Below, one piece after another: positions 39,840-52,574 of a stretch of 64,000 nt of DNA (position 1 is the first letter of the stretch; the number at the start of each line of letters is the position of its first letter). The position numbers and the translations under genes were made by a program. This stretch comes from Camelus dromedarius. Lineage: Eukaryota. Where the stretch lies: NCBI RefSeq assembly GCF_036321535.1, contig NC_087437.1, forward strand, positions 22,818,001 to 22,882,000, read 5' to 3'. The notes under the pieces were generated by a model. The model made no database searches. It saw only the letters and a program-made list of their open reading frames with translations, and was not told where the DNA came from.

Positions 39840-41468
39840 ATCTTTTTCCTCTTTTTAGTTAGGAAATCCTATTGTACTTTCCACTCAACAGGTGATTATC
39901 ACTTTCATATACACAAAATGAAATGTATATGAAAGTAAGGGTTATATAAAAATAGGAAACCAATTATTTGTTTGCTAGGTGATCTGTTCCTTCACTGGAT
40001 GAACCCTTTAGAACACTTACTTCCCCCTTTCCACCCCCAAACTCCTAGGATTCACTGATCTATTTTAATTGCCTTTGGTTAGAGTCTATTATCAGGGTTC
40101 CCTTGCAGTATGCCACTTTTATTTCAAGAATCAAGTTAGTACTCATATTACACATATTCAGCCACTCTGCATCTCTGTTTAGGTATTTCTTTAGGTAACA
40201 GATGTGCCAGAGCTCTTTCGTTTAGTACATCTTTCCATCTCTTGATGTCTGTATTTTCCTCCATTTTTTTGTTGTTTGATTACAGTCCTTTCCTTTACTA
40301 TTTCCTCAGTTGTGCTACTCAATGATATATTCCATTAATCTTCACATATTCCCAAACAATTGTCTTTGACGACTAAGTAATATTTTGGTTATATTAGAGT
40401 CATTCGACCATAGTCTTTTTTCTCAGTATAAATGATACCAAATTTTCTTGTAGCTTTTAATATTGTAAGTAAAAAGTGATCTGATTCTTTTCCCTTCATG
40501 ATTAATTCTTTTTCCAAGGAAGATAATTACAGTTTTTTTTCCTTTATCATTGGAACTCAGAAATTTAACTGGATTATTTCTAATATGTCCATAACAAGAC
40601 AGTATTAAAAGTCAGTATGCAGAGAAAGGTGAAATCTCAACCAAATGATAGGTCCTTAAGATATTAATGAAGATTCTATAACCCCTTATAATTGTAAGAT
40701 AGCGGTACATCTTTCAAGTAGCTATTCTGCTTGCTAATTTGTGACTGCTGATATTTCCTTTCTCATTAATTGTCACTAATCTAATTAAATGAGTCCTTTC
40801 TCCCCTGTTGACTACAATGCAATTCTTGGAATTGGGCTTTCATTATACTAGTGTATAAAATAAATCATGATAATTTTGATGTATTAAGAAATTAGTTGTC
40901 TTGGCTTTGCTATAGCTGGTGGGAACTTCCCTCTTTATTTTCTGCAATGTCATTCTTAGTAAATAACAAAGTCTTATTTAAAATTTTGAGTCTATGGTTT
41001 TATTTTCCACAACAGGGTTTTCTTTCATCAGTCTTACCTGAGTGAGATCTTTTATTCAGCAGATGAATGTATTTCTCCAGTTTAGGGAGTATTGTTTTTC
41101 TATAAATTTTTTTTTGCTATAAAATGTTACTCCATCATTTCCTCTTCCTCCTTTTGGAACTCTTGTTATTCAGTGTTGGGTCTTCAGTATGTGTCTTTCA
41201 GTTCTCTGTTCTTGTCTTTTATGCTTTCCAACCATTTTTATTTTTGTTCTGTGCTCTCAATTGTCCTCCTTTTAATATTTCATACTTCTAATTCTGATGT
41301 ATGATTTACACGCTGAGCTTTAAAGTTTGAAAATCATGATTCAAATCCTTAGGTTTGGATAGAATGAGAAAGGGATACTAGTTAATGTGCTCCTAAAATT
41401 TCCAGACTAAAGACTCAGGCTTGAAATAAACATCTCAAATCAACAGAAATGAAAAAGGAGTAACAAAT

Positions 41469-41875
41469 TGTTATGTTAGCTTGCTAGGGCTGCCATAAGA
41501 AAATACCTCAGATTGAGTGGCTTAAATAATAGAAATTTATTTTCTCAAAGTTCTGGAGGCTGGATGTCTAAGATCAAGGTGCTAGCAATATTGATTTCCT
41601 CTGAGACCTCTTTGTCTTGCAGATGGCTGCACTCTTGCTGCCTCTTCACATGGTCTTTTCTTAGTGTGTGCACGCCCTCTGGTATCCATTTATCTGTCCA
41701 AATTTCCTCTTCTTATAAGGACACAGTCAGATTGGATTAGGATCCATCCTAATGGCCTCATTTTAACTTAATCATCTCTTTAAAGACCTTATTTCCAACT
41801 ATGATTATATTCTGAGGATTGGGGGTTAGGATTTCAACATACGAATTTTAATTAAACACAATTCAGCCCGTAACA
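41469..41875 (-). mobile_element. MaLR solo LTR, MLT1B-like
   Basis: gctagggctgccataa... ttctggaggctgg... tcttataaggacac... acaattcagcccgtaaca. Confidence 0.88.
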
Positions 41876-41899
41876 ACCATCCATGGAAAAATAGATATT

Positions 41900-43270
41900 T
41901 CTTTTTAACATCAACTAATTCTTTTATCAACCAGGTTTCCAACAATTCAATTCAACTCTGACACAAGCAACTAGAGTTAGCATCAGGATCTACAAGTGTC
42001 TCAGTTCCAAGAGTGCATCCACTCGGGAAGCTGGCCACAGATGGGGTGCCAAAGCTACTCACATTACTGCTCAGCAGACTAAACATTCAAGGGTTTCCTC
42101 AACCCTCTCTATAGGTTTGGTAACTCACCAGAACAACTCACAGAACTCAGGAAAGCATTTACTTATGACTACTGATTTATTATAGAAGATATAACTCAGG
42201 AACAGTCAAATGGAAGAGATGTGCAGGACAAGGTATAGGAGTAGGGGTGTGAAGCTTTCATGCCTTCTCTGGATGTATTAACCTCCCAGCACCTCAGTGA
42301 GTTCACCAACTGAAAAGCTCTCCAAACTTCACTGATCAGGGGTTTTTAAGGAGGTTTCATTACATGGACATGATTAATTAAATTACTGGAAATGGGTAAT
42401 TAACTCAATCGCCAGCCCCTCTCCTCATCCTGGAAGTTGGGAGGGGGTGCTAAAAGTGTAAGCAGATAAGGTAGGGGTTCCCCAGAGAAAGAGAATCAGG
42501 CATGACTTTCTTGACATAAGAGAAGTCATTTCTGGCCTAAGCCATTTTGTGATCTAAGCTTGGCCACAATGCTTGCCCTTAACAGGTCTCACTTTAATGA
42601 TCTTAAAAGAAATGAGGGAATGGAGGAATAAAGGAAAAATAGTCAAGAAACAATAGTTCTGTGATAAAACAGAGTCCAAGTTCCTCCTCAAGGGATATAC
42701 ATAACATTTTGATACGTATTTTTGAGTTCTGGGTTAAGGTCACCATCCAGGTGGAGGACGATAACTACATGCTGAGACCCCAGACTGGTTGGAACCTAAG
42801 GAATGATGAATGTTGACCTTTTCTGACCCTTGTGACTTCAGTCAACTAAAACTTGGACTTGATCAATTTGCCCCAATTCTATGCTGAATTCTTCCCTGCT
42901 TAAGCCCCTTTATGAATATGCATACATTGCCCAAGCCCCTTCATGAGTATGCATGTACCCTTGGCTTAAAACCTCCCCAATTTTGCTGTTTGGGGAGACA
43001 ATGCTTTGAGAAAGATCTCTGGTGTCCTCCTTACTTGCTGCAAGAAATAAATTCTTCTCCCACTCTTTGACTTTCTTGTGTCTTTTGGCTTGACACTCAA
43101 CCAAGAGGCAAACCTAGTTTCTGGGTAACAAAAGTTCCAAGCTTTTAATCATGGATTGGCCCTCTGGTGACCAGCCCCTAACATGAAGCTGTCTAAGGGC
43201 CTGCCTTATTAGGAAGGAAATCTTAAAAGTTTTAATTTTGTGCTAGGAAATGGAGGCAAAGAACAAATAT
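41900..43270 (-). mobile_element. MER21-family LTR, split by an ERV1-type LTR
   Basis: caattcaattcaactctgacac, ctcacagaactcaggaaa, actcaggaacagtcaaatggaagagatg; ...gtgctaaaag | aaagttccaagc resumes across the insert. Confidence 0.8.
42457..43130 (+). mobile_element. ERV1-type solo LTR (674 bp)
   Basis: TGTAA...TAACA termini, AATAAA at 43046-43051, 4-bp TSD AAAG (42453-42456 and 43131-43134). Confidence 0.9.
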
Positions 43271-43884
43271 TTTTCTATTATACCACATGAAAAAGGTGAT
43301 ACTGTAAAATACTTTTGAGCCCTTGATTAATACAGACTGGGAAAAATGTCATTTAAATGTTATAAGTATGCTTGCTTTTTAAGAGGTTAAATTTACCTTT
43401 AGATTATTTTTCTAAGACAGCCATAAAAAATGTGCCCACAAAGCAAATGTAAATCAAGTATATACCTATTGTTCTTGGGAAAACTTTAACAATCTTGAAT
43501 GTAAACATCTTAGAGAAGCTAAGAGTTTTGTTGAGTAAATTAAATGTATCTAGGTATCAGGTTTCTACAGGTTTTTTGGCTTCCTTGTGAAATGTGTCTT
43601 TTTCTTTTTGGATTTGGATCACCCTCTGTATTTTTTTTGTCATTTTCATTTGAACAGTTGTTGTAGGAACTCTGATACTGTAAAGAAGAAAACTCTAAGA
43701 ATTAGAGAAAGCTGACTGGAAAGGCCACACTAGAATTCAGTTGCAAACTCATCCATCTTTCGAGTCTAAGCAAGTGACATAAATGTTTGTGAAACTCTTC
43801 ATTCTAAAACTATATGTAGTGTGAACAGTTTAGTGGTAAAATGGGAAAGTTTGTGCCTTCTCAAGGAATGTAATTTCAAAATAT

Positions 43885-44290
43885 TACATTCTGAACCATG
43901 GTGGAGTAACAGGGACCAGATTTTATCCTCCCGCCAAAACAAACAGAAAACTGGACAAAACACATTAAACAATGGTTTTCAGACTCTGGACAATGTCAGC
44001 ACAGAATAGTGATCAGTGACCCTGTTAAAAAGGAAATAAGGAAGGTAAGCCCTATTTTTGTCCAAGTTCATTTCTGGAGTTCCCAGGTTGGAGCATGTGG
44101 AAGGGTTCCCAGACAGAAATCAGCAGTCACACCAAGCGTTTGGTGTTTGAGGATGCCAAATTTTCTAGAATTTGCAAGATATGATAATGTTGAGGAGATA
44201 TAATAATGTATAGAAAGTACTGCAGAGAACTGTAGAAGGCTGACCTAGAGTCTTGCTGAGGATTAAGCTGCACATTGAGCTGTGACTTAA
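43885..44290 (+). mobile_element. Old L1 5'-region fragment
   Basis: ggagtaacagggaccagatttt...aaaactggacaaaa...aacaatggttttcagac resembles recalled L1M 5' ends. Confidence 0.55.
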
Positions 44291-45060
44291 AAATATCTGT
44301 GGAATTTGAAAGTAATTTTAAAACACATTTTTTTTCTTTTTAGTATTTTCTCTGAAATTTCCTTTGCAATTACTTCATTTTAAGAGTGAAAACAAGGTTA
44401 AAAAAATGTAATTCATTGGTAGTCATTTTGATAGAAATGAACATTCCAAAAAATGAATAAAAATACATGTTACAATTTAATAATTTTTATAGGAAAGTTT
44501 TACTATTTACTATTGGTCATCACCTTGGTATTTATGACTTTAGCACTAAATTATTTTTTCTCTCTTGATATTGGAGACTACATAACTGTTTCTTAAACTG
44601 CCGTTCATTATCTACAGTTCAATATTAAGTACTAGTGTCTCAAAGACTTGGGAATCAAAATCTACCACAAAAAAGGATTAAAATGTGCCTTTGTATAGGG
44701 TTTAAAGCTTCTTTTTAAATAAATTATAGAACTTCAATTACTGTATTTACCCTTGAGTCTGCAAACTGATAGCTGCAATTAGGTGCTATCTTATGTTAAA
44801 ATGATGTAACATTTATAAAAATATACATTATTTTGATATTCCAGTTTAATCCACTAAGTTGCTATTTTTAGTTTATCAGTAAATTCTAATGGTCTTGTTA
44901 TCATTGATTAGATCACCACACAATATATTTTCTTATCTGTAACTATTTAAATTATATTTTCTAAGTAGCAGGCAAATCTTTAAGGAAGCTTAGTTATAAT
45001 AAAGGAATATGTAATCTTTCTGTTTCCTTTGATGTGATTTAAAATTTTAATTCTTGACTT

Positions 45061-45707
45061 TCAAACTGAGCAGGACCCTTTGGGGCCTTCCTGGATACAA
45101 AAGCCTCTCCCTGTCTCTTTTTTCTTGATTGCAGAAAAAAGCTTCAGTCTCCCAGGATTTCCCACAGTTCCAAAGAGCAAACTCAAATCATTACTAATTA
45201 GGAAAGTGAGGGAATGCAGAAACAAAGGAACAGCAATTAAGCTAGATAAGTAATAACAGCCTAAACAATAATTCAGTGATAAAATAAAACCCTAGTTCTT
45301 CCTCAAAGGATATACGTAACAATCAGATGCATATCTTTGAGTTGTTCTGTAGAGACTAATACCCCCAACCAGATGGAAGATGGTGATAACATGATGACCA
45401 CAAGCCATAGATCCCAGACTGGATGGAACCAGGTTGCTGGTTAAGATTCCTGAAAGGTCACCCTGTTACTGCATCACCAAGCTATCAGAAGAAAGTCCAC
45501 AAGCTGCAACTCTCACCCAAAACATTGCCTTTAAAAACCCTTCCTTGAATGTCATCCAGGAGTTTGGGTCTTTTAAGCACAAGCTACCCTTTCTCCTGGC
45601 TTGGGTCCCTGCAAATAAATGCTGTACTTTCCTTCACTACAACCCAGTGTCAGTAGATTGGCTTTGCTGTGAGGCAGGCAAGTGGACCCAAATTTGGTTC
45701 AGTAACA
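45061..45707 (+). mobile_element. ERV1-type solo LTR (647 bp) related to 42457-43130
   Basis: Ends ...ggttcagtaaca, AATAAA at 45614-45619, 4-bp TSD ACTT (45057-45060 and 45708-45711). Shares internal blocks with the upstream LTR. Confidence 0.85.
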
Positions 45708-45960
45708 ACTTCTCAAAAAATAACTAGAGCTTTACTATTTCCTGAGGGTGAGGGCAGGGGGAGGGAAATGGAAAACACCCTGCATATCAATCTACTTTCC
45801 ACAGAAAATATATAGCAGCACAAGGAGGACAGAAAAGTAGTAGATGGTCTGTCAAATCACAAAGACCAGTGAATCAGTTACATCTATTCTGAACTCAGTT
45901 CTACTGGGTATAGTGCGTAATTAGATTATACTAGATGATAAGACATCACCAGTTAGTACC

Positions 45961-46940
45961 TATGATATTGTGATTTATAATAAGAAATACATATTTGGTC
46001 TTAGGTTCCTGACCTGGTTCCAAACCTTGGAATTTCTTGAGCAGAGAGCAATGTGAACACCTTTTGTTATAGTATTTGGTCTTTTGTCTGCAGTTATTGA
46101 AATCACTTAGGAGCCATCACGGTGAAATGGGTGTCCTGTTATTCATAAATACCTCCCTTCTACTACAACTGGGTTTATGTTAATCAGGTGATTTTTGCAA
46201 AGCACATAAGGATGCTGCTGATTGCCAGGGGAACCCACCTGAATAGAGGGTTGGAACTTTCAGTCCTTACCCCTTGATAACGGGAGAGGGAAGAGGAACG
46301 GGGCTGGAGGTTGAACCAATCACCAAAGGCCAATGATTTTATCAGCTGTGACTATGTAATGAGAGGGCTTCATAAAACCCTAAAAGGATAGGGTTCAGTG
46401 AATTCCTGGGTTGGTGAACATGTAGAGTCTAGGGGAGTGCACACTTGAGGAGGGCATAGAAGTTCTGAGCCCTTTTCCCATACCTTGCCTATGTATCTCT
46501 TCTATCTGGCTGTTCCTGAGTTATATTCTTTTATAATAAACCAGTAATCTAGTGAATAAAATGTTCCTCTGAGTTTTGTGAGCTGCTTTAGCAAATTAAT
46601 CAAACCCAAGGAAGGCACAGGGTGAGAAGCATAGATGATAACCTGGACTTACAACAGGCTTGTGAAGTGGGAGGGAGAGTCTTGTAGGACTGACCCCCTA
46701 CCGTGTAACCTAAGGAGGGGTCCAGGTCATCCGATGCACAGGTAACAACCTGGGCTCATAATTTTCTTCTGAAGTGAAGGACAGTCTTATGGGACTGTGC
46801 CCTTAATCTATGGAATCTGATGGTGTCAGAATTGAGTTAAATTGTAGGACACTAAGCTGGTGTCGAAGAATTGCTTGTTGATGCAAGCAATGCCCTCCCA
46901 TGCACATATACTTCCCACACAAGAATTGGTGACCAGAATC
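45961..46940 (+). mobile_element. MER21-family LTR (MER21B-like)
   Basis: tgatattgtgatttataataagaaatacatatttggtct... agggttggaactttcag... ggctgttcctgagtt... gtgtcagaattgagttaaattgtaggacac. Confidence 0.82.
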
Positions 46941-49531
46941 TTTAGGTTTGAAAATGGCAATTCTTGATTACTTACCTACAGTGTTTATAAACCTTGCTAT
47001 AAGGAAAAAAACAAAAAAGTCAACATATCTCAACCACATAATTATTAATACTAAATACACACTATGTTTGATATCCAAGTACAAAATGTAAATAGCCTTC
47101 CTCAGCTGTGGCTGATCTTTTTACCTGGCACAGTCATTACGGTGGAGACTATGGCAGGTTTTTTACCTAAACTGTGGTTTCCACGAAGGGATCCATACTT
47201 AGAAGTCTGAGCTTTAGCTACCCAGAAGATGCTGTAGCTCTGAAAAGGGCAGTTGGGGTTCTCCAAGCTTTCTGGAATGCTTGCTTAGAGAGAAGAGCAG
47301 TAGGCTGCAGCTGTCATCATCCAGCAGAGGTGGCAGGAACATCACTTGCATAAGCCAGTAGATTCAAAGAGTAGGAGACATAGCATGTGAGGCTTATGAG
47401 GAAAATAAACTGTCAAGAAAAAAAGAAGCAAAATTACCCTAGTGCACAAAACCTACTCTCCTAAGAAGAGTGCTATCAATGCAAAGATAATGTCTGTAGC
47501 TACAGGAATTTGTTATGACACTTTAATATTTGCTTATATCTCAGTATTTATCACAAACATGTAATAAAATTTAGTATGTATGTATCTGTCTCCTCCACTA
47601 GACTGAGAACCCAAACCTACAGAATCTTGTACTTGGGTGGAACTGAATAACGGGCATTTTCAGTATGTATGCCAACTCAAAATAGATAATAATAATGTTC
47701 ATTTACATAGGTTTTGGTTTTACTTTTCAAAAGATCTTAACAATTGGATATATAAGTGACCTCTCACTGAAGTGGTATTAATTTTTTTGTCTTTGCATAT
47801 CTTATTTTCTCTGCTAAAACAAACTGGAAAAAAAACAGAATTATTAAAAATTTACTAAGAGAAAAATGTGCTTCTCTGGATTAGCGTAGTCAAGGTAGAA
47901 AACTGTGCAACATTGCATGTTAATTTGAATTAACATGAGTCAAGAGTTACAAACTGCAGTTGCATTTGAACTCATTTGAATTATTCTAACCAAGTCAGAA
48001 AACTCTATGATTCAATTATCAAAGACAAAATCATGGTTTGGTGTTTGTGAAATTGAGAAGTCTATTTTCATATCCAGTGGAGTCAACTGTTTGATATTAA
48101 GCCAGTCAAAAAATACCTGTGTATAGCGTTATTGATTAAAAATTTATTTAAAATAGAATAACATGTACTTAGAATTCTATTGAAACATTGAACATCTTTT
48201 AACTATAAAACCTGTCCTTAAGGTACATCTAATGTACATAAACCAGATAATTAACATTACTTAGTAGAAGAGTTACAACTGACATTGTCAAGTGTTTAAA
48301 TTCTAGGCATTGGTGTTAGAAACAGGGAAAAGACTAACATTTTGTGGGAAAATGACTGTATAAGTCTTTTAATTAGACTGAAAATAATATTTATACTTTA
48401 ATAGATAACTATAGGTTCAACAGCTAAATTAAGTTTAGAAACACAAATGTGGCACTGAAAAAAATAGATGTGAAAAATTTTACTTGTTATCTTCCTCTTC
48501 CGTTTCCTTCAATCTTCCCCATCTCAGTAAATTGTAACTCTTCTAGTAGTTTAGGACAAAAACCATACAGTGATAGCTGATGCTTTTTCTTCTCTCACAT
48601 CCAAACCTTGTGTAAACTGTTAGATTTGTTTTTGGAATATATCGAGAATGTTCTCAACAGCTTCTTTATTATCAGCTGTCATTTCTAGTTTGAATTGTCC
48701 CAATAATATTTAATCCTAAAGTGTTCATTGTTTCAATTGTTCATCCATCTACGCATCCAACAATTACAAATAAACAACCACTTAAATCAGACACTGTTCG
48801 GGGTACTTAAGAACACAGAGTATTGCCCTTTTGGCCTTTACAAAAGGAATATCTCTTAACCATTCTAAATTTACTATGATGCATTGTTCCATTAAATAAC
48901 TGCCAGGGCACTAAACAGTCAATACTGAGAAAGTTAACTCAATAAGGAATCATTTTCCAAGTCGGGATTCCAATGCTTTGCTTCCAAACCAAACTAAACT
49001 GGAGAGCCTAATCGATATGTCATTAAGGATATTCTGATAGATCAATGTCACTAATGATCTTTGGCAAACAACACTGAAGGAATAAAAAGTACTGGACGAC
49101 ATTAATGTATAATATTCTTTTTACTCCTCTCAACTTAAACGAACAAGATGTTTTATTTAGCCTTTTCATCTCTAAAACTGAAAAAGAGAAAAAGAATTGA
49201 TATTGAACTCTATCAGATTCTAGCAATAAATAATACTCATCTAAGAAAGCTTTACCTAAATGATAAAAAGCCCAATTTCTTAAGAAATGTATTTCAATAT
49301 TACTTTTTATAATATTCAAAATTGATACTTATATTTTGATTAGCTGTATACTAATAACAGTTATAATGATAAATTTTTCTGAGTTGACAATGTTCAGAAT
49401 ATTATGATCACAAGATATGCAATAAATGTGTATCTACACTTTTTTTTTTTTTTTTGCTGCAGGAAAGAAATAATAACCAATAAGACTCTCATGCCTAAAA
49501 CCATACTACCTAACAGTAGAATTCTGTAGGT

Positions 49532-49753
49532 CAGAGTTTCTCAATAGCACAGCACTATTGACATTTTGTGCTGGTTAATTCTTTTTTGTTGGGAATTGCC
49601 TTGCACAATGCAGGCTATTTTGCAATAATCCTGGACTCTTCCCACTAGATGCCAATAGCCCCCACTTCCTATTTATGACACCAAAAATGTTTCCAGATAT
49701 TGCCAAATGTCCCCACCCTCACACCACGAGGCTATATTCCATGAGTACCACTG
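49532..49753. mobile_element. MER20 hAT-Charlie MITE
   Basis: cagagtttctcaa...gcactattgacatttt... ccactagatgcca... ttgccaaatgtcccc... gagtaccactg; 8-bp TSD ctgtaggt/ctgtagga. Confidence 0.9.
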
Positions 49754-50641
49754 CTGTAGGAGATATAATAGCAATGTAATGTAAAAGTTTGACTGTCAAA
49801 GAGCTAGCTCATTTTTAAAAAACATATGACGCATATTAAAATAGCATGATATTCAATTCCATTACATACATTTAAAAGAGCTATTGTAAATTGACATTTT
49901 ACAATGTACTGGAAATCACATTAACTGTCATTAATTAAATTTACAGGGAAGAAATTTGGGTATTAGCTTATAATCCATTAGGCAAAAGCATTCTGTAGTT
50001 TATAGATAGGTGGGTAATGTACATTAGCATTCATTTACTGATCTTTTTCTAAACCCTTACATGGTACTTTAGGACATTCTGAGTTATTCCATATAGCTCT
50101 AAGCCTCCTGCCCTCCCCTCCACCACCTTGAGGAATGTATTAAGTTCTTGAAGACTACCTTTCTTGATAAAAGTCTAGAAAACTTAACTGAAAAGAAATA
50201 TCAGGGCTTTTAAACAAATGTAAAATATTTAGATACAAAGCAAGTATTTTTCAATATTCAACTTACAGGTTAATAACCTTTTTTTATTTCTACTCTTCAA
50301 ATGATACCTATACAATTCCAAAGATTTGGAGGCTGAAAATAGTTTAAGAACTCCAGAGATCTTTTCTATACATAGAAGCAATACCTCTTTAATCCTGTTA
50401 CTGGTCCCCTAGTCTCTCATTATGCCTCAATTTCCTCAGCTTAATCACTGGCAAGAACGACAATGGAATCATTCACTCTAACTATAAATATAAACACATA
50501 TGTAGTGCTTTTATTGTTTTAAAGCAATTCCACATAAATTACCTAGTATTAATTGAACAGATCTACAGGCCAGGTAGAAAAGATGTTAGGGATAAGAAAT
50601 TTGCAGTTTAGTAATAACTTGCCTAGTTTACAATTCAGCTG

Positions 50642-50662
50642 CAGCAGCAGCAGCAGCAGCAA
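50642..50662. repeat. (CAG)6 CAA trinucleotide repeat
   Basis: Directly visible, ~700 bp upstream of the CpG island. Confidence 0.9.
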
Positions 50663-52501
50663 TGGTATAGCTGACACCTCCAGATAAATCATACCAAACT
50701 CTTTTCTTTCAAAATCCTCATTTGAGATTTTACTCACAACTTCACATTGTATGGAATTCTGGGATGCTTTGAAGGCAAGTTAAACAAATTTCTGCCAAAG
50801 GTGGCAAAAAGTCCCTCGTTTTAGTAGTCAAATTTCTTAAGCAGTCACTTTCTACAGGCTTTGAAGACTAAATCTTCTACAGACTGGTTTGTCTGTAGTC
50901 ACTGCAACATCATTTAAAGATCACTTCTATGTTGAATATAAATTGTACAAAGGTTTTATTTTAGTTTGAATTCTTACATCACGAAGGTGAAAACACTGAC
51001 TTCAACAATTCTTCTCAAGAGAATGGCTCTGCCTTTTACAATCAAACAGCTGCTTAGAACTCAGAAATGAATCTGACAATCCAGTATAGACGTTTCTCAT
51101 TAAGTTCCTCAGAATTGATTTATACATGCCATTAAATGGGTCTTCTAAAAATCACTGTTCAGTCCCTACAATTAACTCAGTTAAAACCCCAGATATTTAA
51201 TATCACATCAGGAATCACTCGTCCATCAGAATAACTACCCCTCATTTCAACTATTCTCGCGCTAAAACTAACAAGCATGATAATTACATATTTCAGCTAT
51301 TGTAGCGCCTGGGTCCTCTAAAACTTATACTCAAACAAGGCGCTGTAGTTCAGCATTTCCGAGTTATTTTCTGTCTGGCGTGAATCGGAGCCAAGGTGCC
51401 TGTGTGTGGAGCACCCGGCGGCCCCGGGCGCCCATGGCTACCGCCGCAGCAACGCGTCGCGGCCCGCGGGGCAGGCCCGAGCCTGAGGGAAGGGGCAGAG
51501 GTGGCCGCCCGCGCGCCTCAGGGACCCTCAGGGGCGGCGCCGGGACGTTCGCTTCCCCGAGTTGAAGGAAACGGCTTCGGGGCTGGGCTGGGAAGGCTGG
51601 CGGAGAGCAAGCCAACTGCTCGTCCCCGCTTCTTCGCAGTGTTTAGGGCAGAACTCCCGGCGACCCCGCCGCGTCAGTTCCCTCTTCATCCTACTTTCCT
51701 TTTTGTAACATGGTGTCTCGCGGACTTCGTTTTTTCCGTGCCCAGTCAGGGTAATTTAAGAGGCCTCCACAGATGTGACAGTCGCCAAAGATGAAGCCCA
51801 CAAACGGCCTGCCACCCCTCACGCGTTTCCCACGTTTTCCCCGGCTGGGCCGCCCCCGGGGGCCTGGCGCGCGGGCCCCGGGGAAAGCGAGCTCACTCTG
51901 GCGGTCTCGCCCCGCCCCCAGGCGCGCGCCCCACCCGAATAAGGCGCGGGGAGCACGCCGCCCCGCCCACTCTGCCGCCACACGGCGCGCGCCGCGCAGA
52001 CGAAAGGGTTGCAGTAGGCTTTCTCAGTTTATTTCTCCTCCCCCGCCAAGAGAATGTTTCCACAAAGACAAAAGACAGGCCCCAGTAAAAGTCAACAATC
52101 ATAAAAGATTAACTATTACTAAAAGTAATTTCACCACAAGAGCTCACGAGTTTACCCTGCCTCCAGAAGCTCAGCTCCGCCCCCACAGAGCCGGCCCCTC
52201 AAAGCCGCCCCCGGGAGCCCGCGCTTACGCTTTCCGGGCGGCGCGCGACGCGCTGGCTGCGCCCCGCCAGCCACGCCCCCGGGCCCCCTCCCTCTGGAGA
52301 GCCAGCGCGCACGAACTGGGGCGTGCGGCGTCAGGGACGCGCGGGCACCTCTTCCTTCCCACCTTTCTACACTGTTGCTACTTTTCGGTGTGAGATATTC
52401 CAGCTTCTCTTTCCCTTCCGTGAGTCCCTCTTTCCCTCTTAGAGACCTCGTTCGCCCCGCGGGCGGCCAGCCCCGCCGCAGCTCTCGCGCCAGAGCGAGC
52501 A

Positions 52502-52574
52502 GTGCGCGTGCGCGCACGCGTGCGCGTGGCCGTCAGGTCCCCGCGCTCCCTCCCCCTCTCGCTGCTCTATAACT
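52502..52574 (+). promoter_or_regulatory. Core promoter: NRF1-type site(s) plus TATA-like element
   Basis: 52503-52514 reads CGCGCACGCGCA on the minus strand, an exact fit to YGCGCAYGCGCR. TATAA lies at 52568-52572, ~290 bp upstream of the ATG. Confidence 0.6.

Noticed and set aside
42457..45707. Two related LTRs as the 5' and 3' LTRs of one deleted provirus
   Set aside because: Each has its own TSD, they differ over large parts, and the DNA between them is MER21/L1/unique with no PBS or gag/pol.
47303..47338. Second possible CTCF site (tgcag...agcagaggtggcag)
   Set aside because: Only the 3' half of the core matches.
50549..50737. ORF with a poly-Leu run
   Set aside because: Simply the reverse of the (CAG)6 repeat; non-ATG start, no coding evidence.
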